A stretch of 39,423 bases of DNA from Alphaproteobacteria bacterium (lineage in GTDB: Bacteria; Pseudomonadota; Alphaproteobacteria; UBA8366; Aestuariispiraceae), in contig JARGPE010000004.1 in assembly GCA_029212835.1 (NCBI GenBank), positions 1-39,423 on the forward strand, in the 5' to 3' direction. Position 1 is the first letter of the stretch; each line of letters starts with the position of its first letter. Below, one piece after another: positions 35,449 to 39,423 of the stretch. A program made the translations under genes and the position numbers. The notes under the pieces were generated by a model. The model ran no database searches and was not told where the DNA came from. It saw only the letters and a list, made by a program, of their open reading frames with translations.

Positions 35449-36291
35449 ATGAGCCAGGTTGAATCCCTCATGGCGGGTAAAAAGGGCGTCATCTTAGGTG
35501 TCGCGAACGACAAATCCATTGCATGGGGCATCGCGAAGGCTTGTGCTGCGGCGGGGGCGGAACTTGCCTTCACGTATCAGGGCGAGGCGCTGGAAAAGCG
35601 GGTGCGACCCTTGGCTGACAGTTTGGGGTCCAAGATCGTTCTTCCCTGTGATGTCACCAATGAAGACAGCATGGATGCAGTCTTTGAAACGTTGAAGTCC
35701 GAATTTGGTGAGCTGGATTTCATGGTTCATGGCATTGCCTTTTCCGATAAGGATGAGTTGAAGGGCCATTACCTGCAGACCAGCCGCGCCAATTTCCTGC
35801 GCACCATGGATATTTCCTGTTACTCGTTGACCGCCCTGGCGCAGCGTGCGGCGCCTTTGATGACCAAGGGTGGATCAATTCTGACTCTGACCTATTATGG
35901 CGCAGAGCGGGTTATGCCGCATTACAATGTGATGGGGGTGGCAAAGGCTGCTCTGGAAGCATCGGTGCGTTATCTGGCGTCTGATATGGGAGCTTCGGGG
36001 ATTCGTGTGAATGCGATTTCCGCTGGTCCAATTAAGACCTTGGCTGCCAGCGGTATTGGCGATTTCCGCTATATCTTGAAATGGAATGAACTGAATTCAC
36101 CATTACGCCGGAATGTGACAATCGATGAAGTTGGCAATTCGGGCCTGTATTTCCTGTCCGACCTGTCCTCTGGTGTGACTGGTGAAGTGCACCATGTCGA
36201 CAGCGGTTATCACACGGTGGGTATGGTCGCGGTAGATCAGGCCCCGGCCGTAACCGAGTTGTTGACCGGCCTGAATAAGAAAGCGGGCTGA
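35449..36291 (+). CDS. fabI: Enoyl-ACP reductase
   Basis: GVANDKSIAWGIA, LTYYGAERVMPHYNVMGVAKAALE, AGPIKTLAASGI. Confidence 0.96.
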   Translation: MSQVESLMAGKKGVILGVANDKSIAWGIAKACAAAGAELAFTYQGEALEKRVRPLADSLGSKIVLPCDVTNEDSMDAVFETLKSEFGELDFMVHGIAFSDKDELKGHYLQTSRANFLRTMDISCYSLTALAQRAAPLMTKGGSILTLTYYGAERVMPHYNVMGVAKAALEASVRYLASDMGASGIRVNAISAGPIKTLAASGIGDFRYILKWNELNSPLRRNVTIDEVGNSGLYFLSDLSSGVTGEVHHVDSGYHTVGMVAVDQAPAVTELLTGLNKKAG

Positions 36292-36322
36292 CGCAGTCAG
36301 CTCGACACGATAGGGCGGGCGC

Positions 36323-37408
36323 ATGTCTGACAATACCTTCGGTAAACTGTTTCGGGTGACCACTTTCGGTGAAAGCCATGGTCCCGCCATTGGCTGTATC
36401 GTCGATGGCTGCCCCCCCTTGGTACCAATGTCAGAAGCGGACTTGCAGCCCTTTCTGGACAAGCGTCGACCTGGGCAATCCAGATATACGACCCAGCGCC
36501 AGGAAGCCGATCAGGTAAAGATTCTCTCTGGCGTGTTTGAAGGAGTGACCACGGGAACGCCGATTGGCCTGATGATCGAAAACACAGACCAACGATCAAA
36601 AGATTACTCCGATATCGCCCAGAAATTTCGACCCGGTCATGCGGATTTCACCTATTGGGAAAAATATGGCATTCGCGACTACCGTGGCGGCGGTCGCTCT
36701 TCGGCGCGGGAAACAGCCATGCGCGTTGCCGCTGGCGGCGTTGCTCGCAAAGTATTGAACCATCTACTAGGTGATGAATTCACCCTGCGGGCAGCCTTGG
36801 TTCAGATGGGACCACATCGGGTTGATCGCGATCGTTGGACCTGGGCAGAGGTTGATAATAATCCCTTTTTCTGCCCCGATCCCGTCGCGGCTCAGGATTG
36901 GGCAACCTATCTGGATGGCATCCGTAAGGCTGGGTCTTCCTGCGGTGCGGTTGTTGAGGTTGTGGCAGAGGGCGTGCCTGTTGGATGGGGAGCCCCTGTC
37001 TATGGTAAGCTGGATTCAGATCTCGCCTCCGCCCTGATGTCGATCAATGCCGTTAAGGGGGTGGAGATTGGTGCCGGGTTTGGTGCTGCCGCCCTGACTG
37101 GTGAAGAGAATGCCGATGAAATCCGCATGGGGAATGACGGCAAGCCCCGGTTCCGGGCAAATAATGCAGGCGGTATCCTGGGTGGGATTTCCACCGGACA
37201 GCCAATCATTGCACGCTTTGCTGTGAAGCCAACCAGTTCGATCCTGCAACCGCGCGATACGATCACCACAAAAGGTGAGGAAACAGAAATCATCACCAAG
37301 GGTCGTCATGACCCCTGTGTTGGCATTCGGGCAGTCCCTGTTGGTGAAGCAATGGTTGCCTGTACTCTGCTGGACCATTTGATGCGCCACCGCGCGCAAT
37401 GTGGGTAA
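36323..37408 (+). CDS. aroC: Chorismate synthase
   Basis: [52 protein letters not shown]. Confidence 0.97.
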   Translation: MSDNTFGKLFRVTTFGESHGPAIGCIVDGCPPLVPMSEADLQPFLDKRRPGQSRYTTQRQEADQVKILSGVFEGVTTGTPIGLMIENTDQRSKDYSDIAQKFRPGHADFTYWEKYGIRDYRGGGRSSARETAMRVAAGGVARKVLNHLLGDEFTLRAALVQMGPHRVDRDRWTWAEVDNNPFFCPDPVAAQDWATYLDGIRKAGSSCGAVVEVVAEGVPVGWGAPVYGKLDSDLASALMSINAVKGVEIGAGFGAAALTGEENADEIRMGNDGKPRFRANNAGGILGGISTGQPIIARFAVKPTSSILQPRDTITTKGEETEIITKGRHDPCVGIRAVPVGEAMVACTLLDHLMRHRAQCG

Positions 37409-37432
37409 TCTGTTTTTCTGAAAGAGGCTGAC

Positions 37433-38020
37433 ATGACGAAGTCTGAAAAAATCCACGCCCTGCCGGTGCCGGATGAAGCAACGCTTGATCCAGATTTACA
37501 GAAGTATTTTTCGATCTGCCGTGAAAAACTGGGGCTGCTGCCCAATGTTTTGAAGGCGTACAGCTTTCGACCGGCGCGGTTGAAAAGGTTCATCGATACT
37601 TATAACGAAATCATGCTGACCGAAGGCCCGTTGAGTAAGCTGGAGCGCGAAATGATCGCGGTCACGGTTTCCTGCCGGAATCGCTGTCTCTATTGTCTGG
37701 TCGCCCATGGCCAGGCCGTGCGCGCCCTGTCGGGTGATCCGATTCTGGGAGAAATGCTGGTCATGAATTATCGCATGGCGGATTTGAGTGTACGTCAGCG
37801 CGCCATGCTGGATTTCGTCTGGGACCTGACCGACGATCCAGAAAAGGTGAACGAGGCGTCGCGGCAATCCTTGCGGGATGCAGGTTTTACCGATGAAGGC
37901 ATTTGGGATATTTCGGAGACGGCGGCCTTTTTCAACTATACAAACCGCATGGCCCATGCTGTCGAAATGATGCCAAACGAGGCGTATCACGCGATGAACC
38001 GGACCCCAAAAGATGTCTGA
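37433..38020 (+). CDS. Peroxidase-related enzyme, AhpD/CMD family
   Basis: EKLGLLPNV, LSKLEREMIAVTVS..NRCLYCLVAHG (CxxCxxxH), FNYTNR. Confidence 0.9.
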   Translation: MTKSEKIHALPVPDEATLDPDLQKYFSICREKLGLLPNVLKAYSFRPARLKRFIDTYNEIMLTEGPLSKLEREMIAVTVSCRNRCLYCLVAHGQAVRALSGDPILGEMLVMNYRMADLSVRQRAMLDFVWDLTDDPEKVNEASRQSLRDAGFTDEGIWDISETAAFFNYTNRMAHAVEMMPNEAYHAMNRTPKDV

Positions 38021-39350
38021 GTTCCAAGACCGCTGGGGCTGTCCGGTCACGGCGGGGTCACAGGATGCTGTGATTGCCTACGAAGAGACGATTCTGTCCT
38101 ATCTGGCGATGCAAACGGATATCGCTGACCGTTTGGACAGTCTGTTTGCCCTAGACCCCAGCATGCCGATGGCGATGATTTTGAAGGCATCGCTGGTAAA
38201 GATGCTCGCGACTGCAGAAATGCAGGAAACGGCTGTCTCCCTAGCTCTTCAGGCACATGAATGCGTTGCAAAAATTCCCGTTACAGATCGGGAATCTGCT
38301 CATCTTTCGGCGCTGAATGCCTGGTTGGAAGGGGAGATGGAAACCGCCTGCATGCGGTGGGAGGCGATCCTGATAGATCATCCACGCGATGTTCTGGCGA
38401 TCAAGCTCAGTCAACTTAATCGGTTTTATCTGGGGGATGCCGGTCAGATGCGCGATGCCTTGGCACGGGTTTGGTATGCTTGGGATAACAGCGTGCCAGC
38501 CTATGGCTTTATTGCCGGGTCTTATGCCTTTGCGTTGGAAGAGTCCGGTGCTTATGAGCGGGCGGAACGTCTGGGGCGGGATGCGGTCGCATTGGAACCT
38601 GCTGATATCTGGTCTGCCCATGCCGTTGCCCATGTGCTGGAGATGCAGGGACGCGCTGCAGAGGGTTTGGAATGGCTCAATAATTTGCGGAAGCATTGGG
38701 GCGCCGTTCACAATTTTGTCCATCACGCCCATTGGCATCGGGCCTTGTTTGCCTTGGGTTTAGGGGATACGGCCAACGCTCTGGCGATTTTTGATGGCGA
38801 TGTCTGGACGGACAAAGTGGCGGATTATTTGGACCTGTCGAATGGTGCCTCGCTGTTATGGCGCATTCAGGAAGCAGGTATCGACACGCAGGACAGAGAA
38901 TCCTCTGTGGCAAAACTTGCCAAGGCGCTCAGTCGGGACCATGGATTGGTGTTTGCCGATTGCCACATCGCGCTTTCTCTGGCTCAGGCAGGGTGTATGG
39001 AGGATGTGTCGGATTTTCTGGACGAATTGGACAGATTTTCTGGAAAACCTGGAACCCAATCGCGGGTGATGGCGGATATTGGTCGCATGTTGTGTATGGC
39101 CTCTGTTGCGGATGCTGCTGGGGATGCACAAGGTGTTGTCGATCTGATGCTACCCTGTCGGCATGATATTCGCCGCATCGGCGGCAGCCATGCACAGCGT
39201 GATTTATTTTACCGTATGTTGGTCCGCAATATTCTTCAGTTGCAACAGGTACCGCTCGCGCGTGCGCTATTGTCAGAACGATTGGAAGTTCAGGCTGGAG
39301 ATTACTGGGCACAGGAAAAACAGGCTGCCTTGTCTTCAGAATTTTGTTAA
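38013..39350 (+). CDS. TTC38-like tetratricopeptide repeat protein
   Basis: HPRD.LA, AFALEE.G, DIWSAHAVAHVLEM.GR, HAHWH.AL, ASLLWR, IGGSHAQRD; 8-nt overlap with the upstream gene. Confidence 0.85.
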   Translation: MSEFQDRWGCPVTAGSQDAVIAYEETILSYLAMQTDIADRLDSLFALDPSMPMAMILKASLVKMLATAEMQETAVSLALQAHECVAKIPVTDRESAHLSALNAWLEGEMETACMRWEAILIDHPRDVLAIKLSQLNRFYLGDAGQMRDALARVWYAWDNSVPAYGFIAGSYAFALEESGAYERAERLGRDAVALEPADIWSAHAVAHVLEMQGRAAEGLEWLNNLRKHWGAVHNFVHHAHWHRALFALGLGDTANALAIFDGDVWTDKVADYLDLSNGASLLWRIQEAGIDTQDRESSVAKLAKALSRDHGLVFADCHIALSLAQAGCMEDVSDFLDELDRFSGKPGTQSRVMADIGRMLCMASVADAAGDAQGVVDLMLPCRHDIRRIGGSHAQRDLFYRMLVRNILQLQQVPLARALLSERLEVQAGDYWAQEKQAALSSEFC

Positions 39351-39423
39351 TCAATTCTTCAGACTAATTATTCATCCTGAATCCTAGAATTGGGTATAGT
39401 ATTGTATAGTGGCACGGTTCCTG

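Noticed and set aside
37496-38050. 184-aa minus-strand ORF
   Set aside because: Antisense shadow of the AhpD-like gene.
1-39423. CRISPR array, tRNA/rRNA, transposase, prophage or defence genes
   Set aside because: No regularly spaced repeats, RNA-gene signatures or such proteins recognised; nearly all sequence is accounted for by identifiable CDSs.

Overview
Gene-dense chromosomal window from an alphaproteobacterium (Rhodospirillales-like by gene content and order; inference). No rRNA, tRNA, CRISPR array or mobile element was recognised. Housekeeping blocks: 3' part of putA, ispA/xseB, asd, choXWV, pdxH, a CbpA-like DnaJ, fabI and aroC. An iron block has a di-haem DHOR-family protein and an Fe(III) ABC binding protein plus permease behind Fur-like boxes. 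A dispersed aromatic-acid catabolic region contains a TAXI-TRAP transporter, a Liv-type ABC transporter with two paralogous binding proteins, gentisate 1,2-dioxygenase with an FAH-family hydrolase, and an IclR regulator divergent from an FAD monooxygenase and an aryl-CoA ligase. The strongest signals absent from the ORF track are non-coding or very small. (1) A 23-codon ORF upstream of asd (MRATSATTIMAGKAKTGKTTTGV) is enriched in Thr, Lys, Met and Ile, the four end products of the aspartate pathway, and is followed by alternative RNA helices with no U-tract; it is a candidate multivalent leader-peptide attenuator. (2) A promoter/operator module (TGCACTATAATGCATCATT...TATGATGCA) is conserved with identical spacing upstream of both paralogous binding-protein genes and resembles BzdR/BoxR TGCA operators. 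All calls come from manual motif recognition; no searches or folding were run, so novelty is unverified.
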